This document shows, piece by piece, positions 26,433 to 36,102 of a stretch of 64,000 nt of DNA (its first letter is position 1; each line of letters begins with the position of its first letter). The position numbers and the translations under genes were made by a program. Source of the DNA: Patescibacteria group bacterium (GTDB lineage: Bacteria > Patescibacteriota > Microgenomatia > UBA1400 > PJMF01); assembly GCA_045541795.1 (NCBI GenBank), contig JAZQJV010000010.1, forward strand, positions 8,333-72,332, written 5' to 3'. The notes under the pieces were generated by a model. That model made no database searches. It worked only from the letters and a program-made list of their open reading frames with translations, and had not been told where the DNA came from.

Positions 26433-26741
26433 TTAACTCTCTTTGATTACTGTCTTTGTCTTTTTGTAAATGCGTTTTTTCACGCCGTCTTCCACCACAA
26501 AGCCAATACGATCAGCTTGACCTTTTTCATTTAAGATCGCCACCTTGGCTGTAGGCAAAGGCCGTTCGCGGCGCACTTTTTCACCAGGACGGCCCATCAT
26601 CTTGCGGATATGGCGGGTGTACATATTGACGCCCTCCACTACCACTTGATCTTTTGCTGGTAGCACAGCCGTGATGTGTGACTTACGTCCCTTATCTTTA
26701 CCACTTGTAATGATGACTTGATCGTTGACCTTGAATTTCAT
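26433..26741 (-). CDS. rplX: 50S ribosomal protein L24
   Basis: KOW motif D.VIITSGKDKG; VVVEGVN. Confidence 0.96.
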   Translation of the reverse strand: MKFKVNDQVIITSGKDKGRKSHITAVLPAKDQVVVEGVNMYTRHIRKMMGRPGEKVRRERPLPTAKVAILNEKGQADRIGFVVEDGVKKRIYKKTKTVIKES

Positions 26742-26750
26742 ATTGCTTTC

Positions 26751-27125
26751 TTACACCACTTCCGGAGCTAAATTAGCGATCTTAGTAAAACCAGCATTCT
26801 TTACTTCACGAGCCACCGGTCCAAACACACGCGTGCCGATCGGATCCAAATTCTCGCGCGCCGTGATAATGACAGCTGCGTTGTCGCCAAAACGGACATA
26901 TTCACCGCCAGCACGACGGAATTCCTTTTTCGTCCGTACTACCACTGCTTTTACCTTTTCGCCTTTTTTGACGGTACCGTTAGGATCAGCTTTAATGACA
27001 GAAGCTGCCACTACGTCACCCACATAACCGTAGCGCCGTTTAGAACCTCCATGAACTTGAATGACTCGGATCTGCTTGGCGCCACTGTTATCAGCAACAT
27101 CGAGTACTGATCGTAACTGTATCAT
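26751..27125 (-). CDS. rplN: 50S ribosomal protein L14
   Basis: VADNSGAK; [11 protein letters not shown]. Confidence 0.98.
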   Translation of the reverse strand: MIQLRSVLDVADNSGAKQIRVIQVHGGSKRRYGYVGDVVAASVIKADPNGTVKKGEKVKAVVVRTKKEFRRAGGEYVRFGDNAAVIITARENLDPIGTRVFGPVAREVKNAGFTKIANLAPEVV

Positions 27126-27127
27126 AA

Positions 27128-27379
27128 TTATTTTTCCCTTTCCTCAGTCGCAGTATCGCTGCTCACACGGAAGTGCTTGGTTTTGCTAATGGGTCGGCAA
27201 GAAACTATTTCCACTTCCTGACCAAGCTCCAAATTCACACCCTTATCTAACTGACAAGCGTATTTTTTCGTCCGCGTCAAGTATTTTTTATAAAGCGGAT
27301 GTTGGAAATGATTTTCCACCTCCACCACTGCTGTTTGCTCGTTTTTAAGTGATACCACTCTTCCAGTTAATTTTTTCAT
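27128..27379 (-). CDS. rpsQ: 30S ribosomal protein S17
   Basis: GRVVS; HPLYKK; RPISKTK. Confidence 0.96.
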   Translation of the reverse strand: MKKLTGRVVSLKNEQTAVVEVENHFQHPLYKKYLTRTKKYACQLDKGVNLELGQEVEIVSCRPISKTKHFRVSSDTATEEREK

Positions 27380-27597
27380 GACTGACTTTCTACAGGTAAT
27401 GTTGCCGCTTTTTCACCCACAATTGTCTTCAACCAGGCAATATCACGGCGGATATTTTTGATCATCGCGGTATTCTCAAGTTTACCAGCACTCTTAGTGA
27501 GGTAAGCACTCGTCAACTTACTCGAAAGTAAATTAATTTGTGCGTCTATTTCGCTCGTATCTTTAGCGCGCCATTCGCGCAGTTCCGCTTTTTTCAT
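27376..27597 (-). CDS. rpmC: 50S ribosomal protein L29
   Basis: ELR...LEN...IK.IRRDIA..KT; operon position. Confidence 0.92.
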   Translation of the reverse strand: MKKAELREWRAKDTSEIDAQINLLSSKLTSAYLTKSAGKLENTAMIKNIRRDIAWLKTIVGEKAATLPVESQS

Positions 27598-27598
27598 C

Positions 27599-28006
27599 TT
27601 AATCCTTACTCACTAACGTCGTTTTGACAGATAACTTATGACCGGCTTTACTAAAAGCACTTTTTGCAGTCACCATATCCACACCACCGATCTCAAACAA
27701 GATCATACCTGGTTTCACAACGGCCACATAGTGATCAATATCACCCTTACCGCTGCCCATTTTCACACCCACCGGTTTTTTGGTTACAGGTTTGTGCGGG
27801 AAAACTCTAAACCAATACTTGCCCACTTTTTTCGTTGCGAAAGTGATTTTTTTACGAGCTGCCTCGATCTCACGATCACTCAACAAGCCATGTTCCAGAG
27901 CCTTAAGACCATAATCGCCAAAAGCTACTTGGTTTCCACGCTGCGCTTTGCCACGGTTCTTACCGCGGAAGCATTTTCTATATTTACGTTTTTTCGGTTC
28001 TAACAT
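27599..28006 (-). CDS. rplP: 50S ribosomal protein L16
   Basis: PKKRKYRK; FPHKPVTKKP..KMGSGKG. Confidence 0.97.
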   Translation of the reverse strand: MLEPKKRKYRKCFRGKNRGKAQRGNQVAFGDYGLKALEHGLLSDREIEAARKKITFATKKVGKYWFRVFPHKPVTKKPVGVKMGSGKGDIDHYVAVVKPGMILFEIGGVDMVTAKSAFSKAGHKLSVKTTLVSKD

Positions 28007-28023
28007 AGCTGTATCACTCGAAC

Positions 28024-28677
28024 TTAAGCGTTCAAAGTCCCTTTATGTATCCATACTTTTATGCCCACGTAACCAGATTTTGTGTGCACAGGCATTTCGT
28101 AATAATCAATATTTGCACGTAGAGTCTGTGTTGGGATGCTGCCTTGGAAATATTTCTCACTGCGAGAAATCTCAGCACCGCCGATTCTACCAGAAAGCTG
28201 GATCTTAATCCCTTTAACTCCAGCTGCCATTGCTTTCTCGATCGCCTGACTTACTGCTCGGCGGTGGGGGAAACGTTTAATCAACTGGCCAGAAATCTTC
28301 TCAGCCACGAGTTTAGCACTCGCATCGGCTTTCTTTACTTCTTCCACTTTGATATCCACGCGTATCTTTTCACCCTTCTTAGCGCTTTTGTTTACCAGAC
28401 CTTCCACTTTCTTTTTGAGAGTCTCCAAACTAGAACCACCGCGGCCAATCACCACGCCAGGCCGGGAAACATAGATCGTCACTTTTAAGGCATTCACAGA
28501 GCGCTCGATCTCAGCTTTCACCAAACCAGCCATCTCCAGTTCTTTATTCAGCAGATCGCGCAGTTGTTTGTCCTGTAAGAGCAAAGTGCCATACTCGCGC
28601 TTACCAGCAAACCATTTGGAAGCCGCACTTTGTGTGACACCTACTCGATAACCAATCGGATTTACTTTTTGTCCCAT
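28024..28677 (-). CDS. rpsC: 30S ribosomal protein S3
   Basis: MGQKVNPIGYR; RPGVVIGRGG; SGRIGGAEISR. Confidence 0.98.
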   Translation of the reverse strand: MGQKVNPIGYRVGVTQSAASKWFAGKREYGTLLLQDKQLRDLLNKELEMAGLVKAEIERSVNALKVTIYVSRPGVVIGRGGSSLETLKKKVEGLVNKSAKKGEKIRVDIKVEEVKKADASAKLVAEKISGQLIKRFPHRRAVSQAIEKAMAAGVKGIKIQLSGRIGGAEISRSEKYFQGSIPTQTLRANIDYYEMPVHTKSGYVGIKVWIHKGTLNA

Positions 28678-28681
28678 AGTC

Positions 28682-29074
28682 TTAGTTCTTTCCTTCTGCG
28701 CTTACCATCGCTTCCGCGGGCAAAGTCTCAGTCTCCTTAGTTTTCAAAACCACCCGGACGTGACAAGTTCTTTTGTCAATACCATGACCACGTCCACGTG
28801 ATACTGCTCTCATTCTTCGCAAGATTGGCCCATCAGCCACCACAATGTCTGCCAACTCCAACTCACTGCTGTGCAACCCCATATTCTTCATCGCGTTCGC
28901 CAAAGCTTGCTTGAGCGTCTTGAGGATTACCAAGCTGCTTTTTTTCTCCATGACACTCAATTGCGCCACAGCAGAAGACAAACTTAGCTTCTTCACCTGA
29001 TTTGCTACCAATCTCACTTTTCTTGAAGATTGACGAATATTTTTTTGTTCGGCTATAATTGTTGTCATGTTCAT
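28682..29074 (-). CDS. rplV: 50S ribosomal protein L22
   Basis: RQSSRKVRLVA; GRGHGIDKRTCH. Confidence 0.96.
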   Translation of the reverse strand: MNMTTIIAEQKNIRQSSRKVRLVANQVKKLSLSSAVAQLSVMEKKSSLVILKTLKQALANAMKNMGLHSSELELADIVVADGPILRRMRAVSRGRGHGIDKRTCHVRVVLKTKETETLPAEAMVSAEGKN

Positions 29075-29077
29075 CCT

Positions 29078-29362
29078 TTAAGTCTTAGTTAAGACACGTT
29101 TCACGATCCGGCCATGCCCCTTAAATGTTCGCGTCGGTGCAAACTCACCGAGCTTATGACCGACCATCGCTTCAGTCACATAGACTTCCACGAATTTCTT
29201 TCCTTGGTGGACACTGAAAGTATGACCGATAAACTCAGGAGCAATTATACTTGCACGAGCCCAAGTCTTAATGGCATCGCGGGCGTTATTATCCTTTTGT
29301 GCCATCACTTTCTTCAATAATTTCTCGTCCACGTATGGACCTTTTTTCGCACTTCTACTCAT
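29078..29362 (-). CDS. rpsS: 30S ribosomal protein S19
   Basis: [12 protein letters not shown]; [13 protein letters not shown]. Confidence 0.98.
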   Translation of the reverse strand: MSRSAKKGPYVDEKLLKKVMAQKDNNARDAIKTWARASIIAPEFIGHTFSVHQGKKFVEVYVTEAMVGHKLGEFAPTRTFKGHGRIVKRVLTKT

Positions 29363-30192
29363 TACTTCATCCTTCTATCTCTGACAATCATTTTATTTTT
29401 CTTAGAATGTTTACGAGTCTTGTGACCCAGTGCTGGCTTACCCCATGGAGTCTTTGGATGTGATAAACCAATACCACTACGACCCTCACCACCACCATGT
29501 GGATGCGAACCTGGATGCTGTGCTGTACCGCGCACAGTAGGACGGATACCCATCATCCGTTTGCGACCCGCTTTACCAAGTTTTTCATTTTTATGATCAC
29601 TATTACCCACCTGACCAATTGTAGCTAGACAGTCAAGTTTAAAGAGACGGATTTCTTTAGACGGCAACAATATCGTCGCAAAATGGTCATCTTTGGACTG
29701 GATCAGTGCCGCCGCGCCAGCAGTACGTACCAACTTTGCCCCATAACCAGGTTCTAATTCTAAGTTATGAATCGGCACACCCAAAGGAATATGGCGCAAG
29801 CTCATGGTGTTACCTACCTTAGCATCAGCTTTATCGCTCGTTAAGATCCGATCACCAGCCTTCATACCCTCAGCAGCAATCACATATCTTTTTTCACCAT
29901 CTACATAGTAAACCAAAGCGATATAAGCGGAGCGATTCGGATCATATTCAATCCGTTGTATCACACCGTCCACATTTGCCTTAGTGCGAGTGAAATCAAC
30001 AATCCGGTAACGACGCTTCACACCGCCACCACGATGTCGCACAGTTACATGTCCCCTGTAACCGCGACCCTTACGTTTTAGATGACCAGCACTCAAAAGA
30101 GAGCGCTCAGGAGCACCTTTATAAACTTCACGATCGAGTACATCTACCCGGTGTCGTCTTGCATTACTAGTTGGTTTCGATTGTTTTAACAT
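29362..30192 (-). CDS. rplB: 50S ribosomal protein L2
   Basis: IEYDPNRSA; RPTVRG...HPHGGGEG. Confidence 0.98.
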   Translation of the reverse strand: MLKQSKPTSNARRHRVDVLDREVYKGAPERSLLSAGHLKRKGRGYRGHVTVRHRGGGVKRRYRIVDFTRTKANVDGVIQRIEYDPNRSAYIALVYYVDGEKRYVIAAEGMKAGDRILTSDKADAKVGNTMSLRHIPLGVPIHNLELEPGYGAKLVRTAGAAALIQSKDDHFATILLPSKEIRLFKLDCLATIGQVGNSDHKNEKLGKAGRKRMMGIRPTVRGTAQHPGSHPHGGGEGRSGIGLSHPKTPWGKPALGHKTRKHSKKNKMIVRDRRMK

Positions 30193-30210
30193 GTCAGTCT
30201 TCTTTTATTA

Positions 30211-30528
30211 TTAGTTTTGTACCTCTTTTTCTGGTTCAGTCTCTAAATCAAAAAGCTCGATCGTCTGACCTGGACGTAAAGTGACCAAAGCCTTCTTAGT
30301 GCGTTCAGTAGTCACCGCCAACCGTTTGCGACCTGTTCTTTTAGCCGTGCGATGGCCCATTACTGTATTCACGCTCACAGCATCAACACCAAAAAGATCT
30401 TTTACCATCTTCTTGATTTGGTTCTTCTCGGCAGTCTTTGACACCTCAAAAACATAAGTATTCTGCGTCTCAATCAGCTTGAGTGTTTTTTCCGTGACAA
30501 TAGGACGTTTGATCACAAAGGTATGCAT
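30211..30528 (-). CDS. rplW: 50S ribosomal protein L23
   Basis: PIVTEKT; KKALVTL. Confidence 0.96.
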   Translation of the reverse strand: MHTFVIKRPIVTEKTLKLIETQNTYVFEVSKTAEKNQIKKMVKDLFGVDAVSVNTVMGHRTAKRTGRKRLAVTTERTKKALVTLRPGQTIELFDLETEPEKEVQN

Positions 30529-30531
30529 AAC

Positions 30532-31131
30532 TTATTTTTCCTTATTCATCAATCTTGTCTCTAATTTCGCCAAAGCGTCCTGGCTCATTATGATCCGATC
30601 AGCATTGGCTACTTGAAGTACATTGACGCGTTCTGGCGTCACTACGTAAACAGTCTCTAAGTTATTGTAAGCACGAGTAATCGTTGCCGTCTTATCACTG
30701 ACGATCAGCAACAAGCGGTCGGTGCGACTTAGTTTATCACCCAACGCTGTCACACCAGACTTGGTCTTGGCTTCAACTTTTTCGATCTGATCATCCAAGA
30801 ACACATTCTCCATTTGAGCAACCAAAGCACTACGCAAAGCACCGCGTTTCATCTTCACATTTAAACTGCGACGATAATTCTGCGTACCAGTCGGCCCATG
30901 AGAAACACCACCACCCACAAAGATATTCGGAGTGCGTGCGCCATGGCGAGCATTACCAGTCCCTTTTTGCTTAAACCATTTCTTCTTCGTCCGGGCGATC
31001 TCACTGCGAGTTTTCGTCTTCGCCGTCGCTTGACGCAGGTTACCTAAATACACAGTCAGCGCCTGAGAGAGCAAACTGTGGTTTACCTCACCTTCAAAAA
31101 TTTTGCTCGTATCCTTTGTTACTGCTTGCAT
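30532..31131 (-). CDS. rplD: 50S ribosomal protein L4
   Basis: TKTRSE..KQKGTGNARHG; GGGVSHGP. Confidence 0.96.
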   Translation of the reverse strand: MQAVTKDTSKIFEGEVNHSLLSQALTVYLGNLRQATAKTKTRSEIARTKKKWFKQKGTGNARHGARTPNIFVGGGVSHGPTGTQNYRRSLNVKMKRGALRSALVAQMENVFLDDQIEKVEAKTKSGVTALGDKLSRTDRLLLIVSDKTATITRAYNNLETVYVVTPERVNVLQVANADRIIMSQDALAKLETRLMNKEK

Positions 31132-31943
31132 TATTTAGTTTCCTTTTGTGCTTGTTCTTCACTAGTAGACTCTGGAGTTCTCTCACTATCTTGCTCACTT
31201 TTAGCAGCTGAGTCAGATTCCTGCTGCTGTTTTCCGGCGAGGCCAGAAGCTTTTTCATCCAAAGCAAAATCCTTTTTCACTTTACCTGAGTTCGTAATTG
31301 CAACAATGCTATTAAAAGCTCCAGGGACAGGGCCGGTAAGCCACAACTCACCGCTTGTCGCATCAAAATACGCTACTACCAGTCCGGAAACCGTCTTGGT
31401 AGTCACGCCCATGTGACCAGGCAAACGTTTACCTAGCCACACGCGTCCTGGAGTTGTACGATTACCAACTGAACCAACGGCCCGCCAGCGGTCAGATTGA
31501 CCATGAGTTTTTGGTCCGCCGTGAAAGCCGTGACGTTTCATACCACCGGCAAAACCACGACCCTTAGTAGTGCCTTGCACCGCTACCACATCGCCCACTT
31601 TCAAAACAGCAGCCGTATTTACGCTGCTGCCAACTTCCAATTTATCATCACCTTGCTCACGGATGCCGTTGATGACGCGTACTCCTTGTTTGATCTGCAA
31701 TTTCTCCAAACGTGAGCGCATCGGCTTGGTCATATTTTTGAGTTTCTTCTCGCCGTAACCAACTTCCAGCACCCGGCAGTCACTCCAACCAGCGACGTCT
31801 TTTTTATCGGTGCGCACTTTAGCATCCACTGCTCCCACAATCACGTTTTGCTCAACCAAAAACTTGGTAATGGGCAGACGTTTGCCATTTACATCCCATG
31901 CTTGTGACATGCCTTTCTTGGTTGCGTAGATTGTGTCTATCAT
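31131..31943 (-). CDS. rplC: 50S ribosomal protein L3 with acidic C-terminal tail
   Basis: KKGMSQ; KGRGFAGGMKRHGF; PGRVWLGKRLPGHMG. Confidence 0.97.
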   Translation of the reverse strand: MIDTIYATKKGMSQAWDVNGKRLPITKFLVEQNVIVGAVDAKVRTDKKDVAGWSDCRVLEVGYGEKKLKNMTKPMRSRLEKLQIKQGVRVINGIREQGDDKLEVGSSVNTAAVLKVGDVVAVQGTTKGRGFAGGMKRHGFHGGPKTHGQSDRWRAVGSVGNRTTPGRVWLGKRLPGHMGVTTKTVSGLVVAYFDATSGELWLTGPVPGAFNSIVAITNSGKVKKDFALDEKASGLAGKQQQESDSAAKSEQDSERTPESTSEEQAQKETK

Positions 31944-31981
31944 ATGCTTTTAACTCAAATTACTTCAAGTTCCTTTATCTC

Positions 31982-32311
31982 CTACATTTTCACCTGGATA
32001 TCCACACCAGAAGGCAGTTCCAAGTGGATCAAGTTGTCGATCGTTTTACTGGTCGGATCCACGATGTCGATCACCCGTTTGTGCGTCCGGATCACATAAT
32101 GTTCCTGCGCGTCTTTATCAGTGTGTGGCGATGCCAAGACCGTAAACCACTTTTTTTCCGTCGGCAACGGTACCGGACCAATTACCCGAGCCCCAGTAGA
32201 CAAAGCTGTATCGAGAACCTTGTCAGAAGCCTCGTCAATCACTCGATGATCATAAGACTTGAGTCTGACCCGAATTTTATATGCATCTTTTTTATCGCCA
32301 CGTATCGCCAT
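31982..32311 (-). CDS. rpsJ: 30S ribosomal protein S10
   Basis: [14 protein letters not shown]; GPVPLPT; HKRVIDI. Start ATG 32311 after AAAGGA. Confidence 0.97.
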   Translation of the reverse strand: MAIRGDKKDAYKIRVRLKSYDHRVIDEASDKVLDTALSTGARVIGPVPLPTEKKWFTVLASPHTDKDAQEHYVIRTHKRVIDIVDPTSKTIDNLIHLELPSGVDIQVKM

Positions 32312-32575
32312 AATTCCTTTTTCCGATTCCAGACCTTTCGATCTCTTGCTAATTTCAGAATTAAGAGTTGTGATTATACCACACTTTCTCGAAAATGCAA
32401 GAGGCAATTTTTCTCTCGCCTCCATACATCATTCAGTTAATGTTAAAGCACGACTCTGTGTTCTAAAGTTCTCATATTATATCACACTTCTGGCCATTTT
32501 GAACTGCAAATTTGTCAAATTTTGCAAAATTAGTTTTGGAATATACTATACACAATAAATTTAAACTATTCTTTG

Positions 32576-32649
32576 TGGCTGCTGAGGGACTCGAACCCCC
32601 GACCTGCCGGATGTAAACCGGACGCTCTAACCAACTGAGCTAAGCAGCC
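32576..32649 (-). tRNA. tRNA-Val(UAC), CCA not encoded
   Basis: GGCTGCT/AGCAGCC acceptor stem, D-arm AGCTCAGTTGGTTAGAGC, anticodon loop TTTACAT, T-loop GTTCGAGTC. Confidence 0.95.
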
Positions 32650-32654
32650 GAGAG

Positions 32655-32728
32655 TGGACTCTAGAGGATTCGAACCTCTGACCTCTCCCATGTCAAGGGA
32701 ACGCTCTAACCAACTGAGCCAAGAGTCC
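32655..32728 (-). tRNA. tRNA-Val(GAC), CCA not encoded
   Basis: GGACTCT/AGAGTCC acceptor stem, anticodon loop TTGACAT, T-loop GTTCGAATC. Confidence 0.95.
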
Positions 32729-32866
32729 ATTTTTCCAGAACAAGGTATTATAACACAATTTTGCCCCAAATTGCCAGTAGATTTTTGCAAAATATGTGGT
32801 ATAATCGAGGATCAAGGCAAAGTCTGGATCCAGACTAGCAGTATAAATTAAAAAGAAAGATCTTGA

Positions 32867-33535
32867 GTGATCAGAAAAACCAACTACTCTCGTCCGTATC
32901 GCCAACGCGAACGTTTTAACGTCACTGCCAACCAGCAGATCCGCTACGATGAACTCCGAGTGATGGACGAACAAGGCCAATCTCTAGGCGTCATGAGTAA
33001 AAATGATGCTTTAAACCGCGCCCGCAGTGAAAAAAAAGATCTCATTTTGATCACTGATAAGGCTGATCCGCCAGTGGCCAAAATCATCCAGCTTTCCAAA
33101 TACAAATATCAGCAATCACAAAAAAAAGCGCAAGAACGCAAAAAATCCCGCGTACAAGACATTAAGGAAATCCGTTTGCGTCCCTTTATTGATGAAAACG
33201 ACCTCCAAGCCAAAATCCGCAAAATTGACGGATTTATCAAGAAAAATCACAAAGTAAAACTTTCTATGGAACTGCGTGGCCGGGCCATCACTAAGCAAGA
33301 CCTCGCCAATGAGATTTTGGATCGGATCGTGGGCGCTCTCGGAGAATCCGCTCAAGTAGAAACCGAACGCAAACTCATCGGCAAGCGCATCCAAATGCAA
33401 TTAATGCCCTCACGCAAGGCTAAAAGCCTCCATAATGACAATAATAGCAAACAGGCTCAAGAAAAAAAAGTTAGCGCGCCCGTGCCTGCCAATACGCCGG
33501 CCGCCGATGATGATCAGGTGGAGCCGCAATTATAA
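32867..33535 (+). CDS. infC: Translation initiation factor IF-3
   Basis: NQQIR..ELRV, DLILI...PPVAKI, KEIRLRP.ID.ND, RGR; upstream of rpmI-rplT. Start codon uncertain. Confidence 0.95.
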   Translation: MIRKTNYSRPYRQRERFNVTANQQIRYDELRVMDEQGQSLGVMSKNDALNRARSEKKDLILITDKADPPVAKIIQLSKYKYQQSQKKAQERKKSRVQDIKEIRLRPFIDENDLQAKIRKIDGFIKKNHKVKLSMELRGRAITKQDLANEILDRIVGALGESAQVETERKLIGKRIQMQLMPSRKAKSLHNDNNSKQAQEKKVSAPVPANTPAADDDQVEPQL

Positions 33536-33573
33536 ATTATTACTGGTACTGATCGCCAGCAAGGGATAAAGTT

Positions 33574-33777
33574 ATGGCAAAAAAAATTAAACTCAAAACC
33601 AGAAAGGGTGCGGCCAAACGCTTCAAAATCACCGGCACTGGTAAAATTTTGCGCCGCACGCAAAATATGCGCCATTTACGCGCCAATAAAAGCAAGAAAG
33701 CCAAGCGCAATTACCGTCGCCTCACTCAAGTGACCGGCCGCAACGCTATCAGAATTAAAAGAATGTTGGGAATCTAA
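33574..33777 (+). CDS. rpmI: 50S ribosomal protein L35
   Basis: [19 protein letters not shown]. Confidence 0.96.
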   Translation: MAKKIKLKTRKGAAKRFKITGTGKILRRTQNMRHLRANKSKKAKRNYRRLTQVTGRNAIRIKRMLGI

Positions 33778-33780
33778 TTT

Positions 33781-34128
33781 ATGAGAGTTAAAACTGGATA
33801 CGTCCGTCATCGGGCACATAAAAAAATTATCAAGGCCAATAAAGGTTTCCGTGGTGCTAATCACCGTCTTTTCAAACGCGCCAACGAAGCCCGCCTACAC
33901 GCCGGTCAATACGCTTTTGCTGGCCGGAAGCTACGCAAGCGAGATCTACGCAAACTCTGGATCATGCGCATTGGTGCTGGCCTCCAAGCTGCCGGTAGTC
34001 CCCTTAACTATTCTACCTTTATTGGCGGGCTCAAAAAAGCTGGTATTGCTTTGGATCGCAAGATCTTAGCTGATCTCGCCGTCAATGATCCGGCCGCTTT
34101 CGCCGCCGTTATCAAGGCCGTGAGCTAA
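33781..34128 (+). CDS. rplT: 50S ribosomal protein L20
   Basis: MRVKTG; [15 protein letters not shown]; [10 protein letters not shown]. Confidence 0.97.
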   Translation: MRVKTGYVRHRAHKKIIKANKGFRGANHRLFKRANEARLHAGQYAFAGRKLRKRDLRKLWIMRIGAGLQAAGSPLNYSTFIGGLKKAGIALDRKILADLAVNDPAAFAAVIKAVS

Positions 34129-34162
34129 ATTCCCGACACATTGCGGAATACAAAATTACACT

Positions 34163-34186
34163 TATCCCGCCTTTCCAGGCGGGATA
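34163..34186 (+). terminator. Hairpin after rplT
   Basis: TATCCCGCCT-TTCC-AGGCGGGATA. Confidence 0.7.
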
Positions 34187-34225
34187 TTGCTTTTTCAATC
34201 TCACTATGTTAAAATATCAAAATAT

Positions 34226-34741
34226 ATGCATGGCGGCGAAGTTAATTCTTTTTATCAATATGTTCTAGGAGGATCTCTAATATCCTTCTTTATCATTGGC
34301 TTATATGTCTGGTTCGTCAGCCGAACTCCGCACAAAGTAAAAGATAAAAATGAAGAAAAATCTCAAACAAACAAAAACCATCCAGCAATTGAAGACAAAC
34401 CGCATAAACCAAAAACTATTCTTGAATGGATAGGGCAGCAACACCTCTTAATACAAATTATTTGTTCTACCATAATTGCCTTTGTGTTGACTAGTTTTAT
34501 CACCATAACAGGAAGTATTGTCGGCTTAATCATTTTAATTCCAGCAATAATCGGACTGTTGTTAGCAATCATCCTCTTGCCAATAATCGAATTAATTAAA
34601 GAAGCAATCGCAAGCTATCGAGATGTAGAAGATTTTGATGGCAAACAAACGTTTATCCGCATCTTCAAAGAAGAGATTTTGATCATATCTATCCTTGCAG
34701 GCATAATTAGTGGCTGGGGATTATTTTTTGAAGGAATGTAA
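34226..34741 (+). CDS. Hypothetical AT-rich membrane protein
   Basis: About four hydrophobic segments; visibly lower GC than neighbours. Confidence 0.65.
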   Translation: MHGGEVNSFYQYVLGGSLISFFIIGLYVWFVSRTPHKVKDKNEEKSQTNKNHPAIEDKPHKPKTILEWIGQQHLLIQIICSTIIAFVLTSFITITGSIVGLIILIPAIIGLLLAIILLPIIELIKEAIASYRDVEDFDGKQTFIRIFKEEILIISILAGIISGWGLFFEGM

Positions 34742-34938
34742 AGGCATTAATATACTTGAAAGCATTGACATCTTGCGATATGAGTCGTTGTTTACCATGA
34801 TTAAAAAAGTGCACTTTATATTTCCTCCACATACCCTACCGTCAAACCGTCAACACTGCGACAATACAAATCAAGCTTTTGACAAGTTTCCAGTTCGTCT
34901 TTTTGGGGTTAAGTAAATCAACTAAAACCACAAACACC

Positions 34939-34967
34939 AAAATCCCCGCTTCTAGCGGGGATTTTTT
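34939..34967. terminator. Bidirectional terminator between convergent genes
   Basis: AAAATCCCCGCT-TCT-AGCGGGGATTTT with A/T tails on both sides. Confidence 0.8.
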
Positions 34968-34985
34968 GATAGTCATCACTTAAAA

Positions 34986-35867
34986 TTAATAACCATAAGT
35001 GACAATTTCCCAATCGTCATTATCATGGCGGCCCAAATACCACTCATAAGTGTATTCCAGGTCTGGTTCCCAGGCAGTAAATTCCGCAAATTCCTTCGGC
35101 GTGTGGAAACTAGAACCCACTACCAAAACATGGGTGTACGGCACTTCACTACGCTCGAGCGAATTGATGTAATCAAGTTCCGTCTGATTATTGCGCTCTG
35201 GCAGTGGATCGAGCGAGTGCAGCTCAAAACCTTCACCAAAACTAGCAATTTCTGCCTCGATCAGCAATTCAGCCTGAGCAATTTCTGACGGCGTATAGCC
35301 CATAAACTGCTCTTCCGCTGGCGGTTGGCCGTCAGGTGGCGTCATCGGCGTACCGTCCACAGTTTTGATCGGTTCGGGCGGCAAAAGAGGCGCGACGTAC
35401 TCAAAAAGCGATTCGCTATCACCGCGCACGTCATCTTGCCAACGCAGCTTGCCGTCTTCCATGATCAAAGCTCCCGTGCCGTTTTGTGATCGGACTTCCT
35501 GCACCACATCTTCATTTTCAAAATTGCGGTAATACTCGGTCGCATTATTATAATCTAACCGCCCCGTGTTGGGATCAAAACTTCCCGAAAAAGTCCACAT
35601 CGTATCGTCAAATGCGCTACCAGCCCACGTGATCGTCACCGAGTAGACATTTGTACCCACATCTTGGATTTCCATCACCGCTCGCTGGCTGTGAGTATCT
35701 TGCCATTGGCCCTCTAAACTGTCAGCTTGTTTTTCTTGTGACACTACATTCACTGGATTCACGGGCGCACCACCATTTTTTTTGCGTGTCATCCACACGC
35801 CACCAGCCACCACCAAAATCAACGCGATCACGATACTGATCACCAACCACTTTTTATTATCTTTCAT
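34986..35867 (-). CDS. Membrane-anchored extracellular protein; C-terminal domain resembles DUF4829
   Basis: N-terminal TM; G.WQD..SQRA.M domain; Pro-rich linker; SSFHT...W.L.R....WEIVTYGY C-terminus. Confidence 0.7.
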   Translation of the reverse strand: MKDNKKWLVISIVIALILVVAGGVWMTRKKNGGAPVNPVNVVSQEKQADSLEGQWQDTHSQRAVMEIQDVGTNVYSVTITWAGSAFDDTMWTFSGSFDPNTGRLDYNNATEYYRNFENEDVVQEVRSQNGTGALIMEDGKLRWQDDVRGDSESLFEYVAPLLPPEPIKTVDGTPMTPPDGQPPAEEQFMGYTPSEIAQAELLIEAEIASFGEGFELHSLDPLPERNNQTELDYINSLERSEVPYTHVLVVGSSFHTPKEFAEFTAWEPDLEYTYEWYLGRHDNDDWEIVTYGY

Positions 35868-35965
35868 CCATCCTTTCTTTTTGTTTGCGGCCATTATATC
35901 ACACCAATTCACTTTTTGAGCCGCAATTTTTCACTCAGCTTATGCAGACAAAAAATTAACTTTTT

Positions 35966-36066
35966 AAATTGAGTATTTATTGTGTACAATAAATTAATTT
36001 ATATTGATATATAGCCATAATTAAAACATAATAATTTCATTAGCAGACAAACACTCAGACTGCTAA
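35966..36066. repeat. 101-bp AT-rich dispersed repeat, copy B
   Basis: Matches 21265-21365; contains TTTATTGT-GT-ACAATAAA and TTAGCA-N15-TGCTAA. Confidence 0.85.
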
Positions 36067-36067
36067 C

Positions 36068-36096
36068 TTGACAAATGCCTCACTATCAGGTATAAT
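36068..36096 (+). promoter_or_regulatory. Perfect consensus promoter of the PBP1A gene (predicted leaderless)
   Basis: TTGACA (36068-36073), 17-nt spacer, TATAAT (36091-36096), ATG 6 nt later. Confidence 0.85.
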
Positions 36097-36102
36097 GCGC
36101 CC

